Assembly (NCBI GenBank): GCA_950097015.1
Contig: CATNEN010000038.1
Span: forward strand, 34,782,001 to 34,846,000
Direction of reading: 5' to 3'
Origin: Macrostomum hystrix
Lineage: Eukaryota; Animalia; Platyhelminthes
DNA: 64,000 bases
The notes under the pieces were generated by a model, which saw only the letters and a list, made by a program, of their open reading frames with translations, was not told where the DNA came from and did not search any database. This document shows, in pieces, positions 62,932 to 64,000 of the stretch. Both the position numbers and the translations under genes were made by a program. Each line of letters starts with the position of its first letter. Position 1 is the stretch's first letter.

Positions 62932-63264
62932 CTACTTGACGAACACTCGGAGCCTCCTGCTGCCGCAGCCGCTGCTCCACGAGCTGGGATCGAGCAGCAG
63001 CTGCGAGCTGCAAGCATCGAATGCGAACAGCAGGCAGAGCTGCTGCGTCGTCGGAGTCGACGGCTCCATGGCGAAGGCTCGGCACCTCGGAGCTGTCCGA
63101 CAGCGGAGTGCGCATGCAGCGATGTCAAGATTGAGCAGCTGCAGGTGCTGATGGGACACGCAGTTCGAGGTCCAAATCGGGTGGAATGATGTTCTCGGTG
63201 TGCAGCCGCTCACCGCATTGCAGAGCAGCTGGAGAAGCAGAAATATTCTCCAAGACGACAGCAT
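62932..63264 (-). CDS. Secreted PAN/Apple-domain protein (110 aa to TAG; possibly a truncated or pseudogenised longer gene)
   Basis: Signal peptide MLSSWRIFLLLQLLCNAVSG; PAN signature CALRCRTAPRCRAFAM...CLL; the GC-rich frame stays open for 50 codons past the TAG. Confidence 0.7.
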   Translation of the reverse strand: MLSSWRIFLLLQLLCNAVSGCTPRTSFHPIWTSNCVSHQHLQLLNLDIAACALRCRTAPRCRAFAMEPSTPTTQQLCLLFAFDACSSQLLLDPSSWSSGCGSRRLRVFVK

Positions 63265-64000
63265 TTTCTCAATGTCTCACAATATACTACTCAGCGCATA
63301 CAGAACAACTCTGACATTATTGTTTCTAAGCAATTTTGGTTAAGTTTATTGTCTCTTTGTCTCAAATCTTCTTTTAATTTTCACACGGCTCGCAAAGCTT
63401 AGAACGTATACCCCGGTGAGGATTGTAACTGTTTTGAGCTCCCTAATGCAGCATTATTTGCTTACTGACGTTAACGTGTATAAGTCAATCCAAAAACGAC
63501 ATATTTACCTAGTTTAACTCCATTACACTAATGCATAGCTGATGTCAGGCGTTTGCACTCAAAGCAGTTTGTGAAATATGCTCTTAGCTCGTGTTTAAAC
63601 AAAACAAGCAAGCTTCGATAAGCCGACAAAGTTCTAAGAATATTTCTGGAAAGTTATTTCGTTATTTACCACAATAAATAACCGAACCAAAACAGCGAAC
63701 CCGTGTTACTTTTGAGCTTTTCACGTTTTTCACATAAAAATGTCAATGAAACGAAAATAAAATGAGGATCAATCATTCACAAACGAAGCTTTCTAGAATT
63801 CATTGCAGCAACATGTTTTGCAAGATATATTAAAAGAACAGCATTGGATCTACTTCCAATTGAAAAGTTAGCAACCTTTTTTGTTAATGACGTGAAAAGT
63901 TCCTATCTCACTAGTGTATTTATCCGTGAAAATCTGCCTTTAATAAATTTTCCGAGAAACGAAGTGTCCCGTCCTTCTTCTTCAAGTGGTGCTTGAACCC

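Overview
Eukaryotic (animal) genomic DNA: AT-rich introns and intergenic sequence, GC-rich spliced exons and many tandem repeats. The style suggests an invertebrate such as the flatworm Macrostomum, but that is an unverified inference. Genes reconstructed from GT-AG junctions and phase: 3' end of POC1, an intronless dynein light chain LC8, TMEM129 (4 exons), an orphan type-I membrane protein (2 exons), an enoyl-CoA hydratase ending in PTS1 whose last exon lacks an AG acceptor, an uncharacterised 9-exon ~1121-aa protein (2 cadherin-like beta-sandwiches, U-box-like, TPR-like helices, RGG tract), a cyclin G-like gene (5 exons) and a secreted PAN/Apple protein with an in-frame TAG. Mobile DNA: two tRNA-derived SINE families (one CORE-like), a 5'-truncated RNase H-bearing LINE with a 13-bp TSD, two hAT-type non-autonomous elements with 8-bp TSDs, a small MITE and a decayed Gypsy LTR element inside an ATC microsatellite. 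That element has a -1 frameshift signal, a 7-fold expansion of its RT YxDD motif and a 3' LTR made mostly of ~23 copies of a palindromic 37-bp unit. About 15 unrelated mini/microsatellites, including a 12.3-kb array, cover roughly a third of the window. No CRISPR, rRNA or true tRNA gene was seen. Family assignments come from recalled motifs, not database searches.
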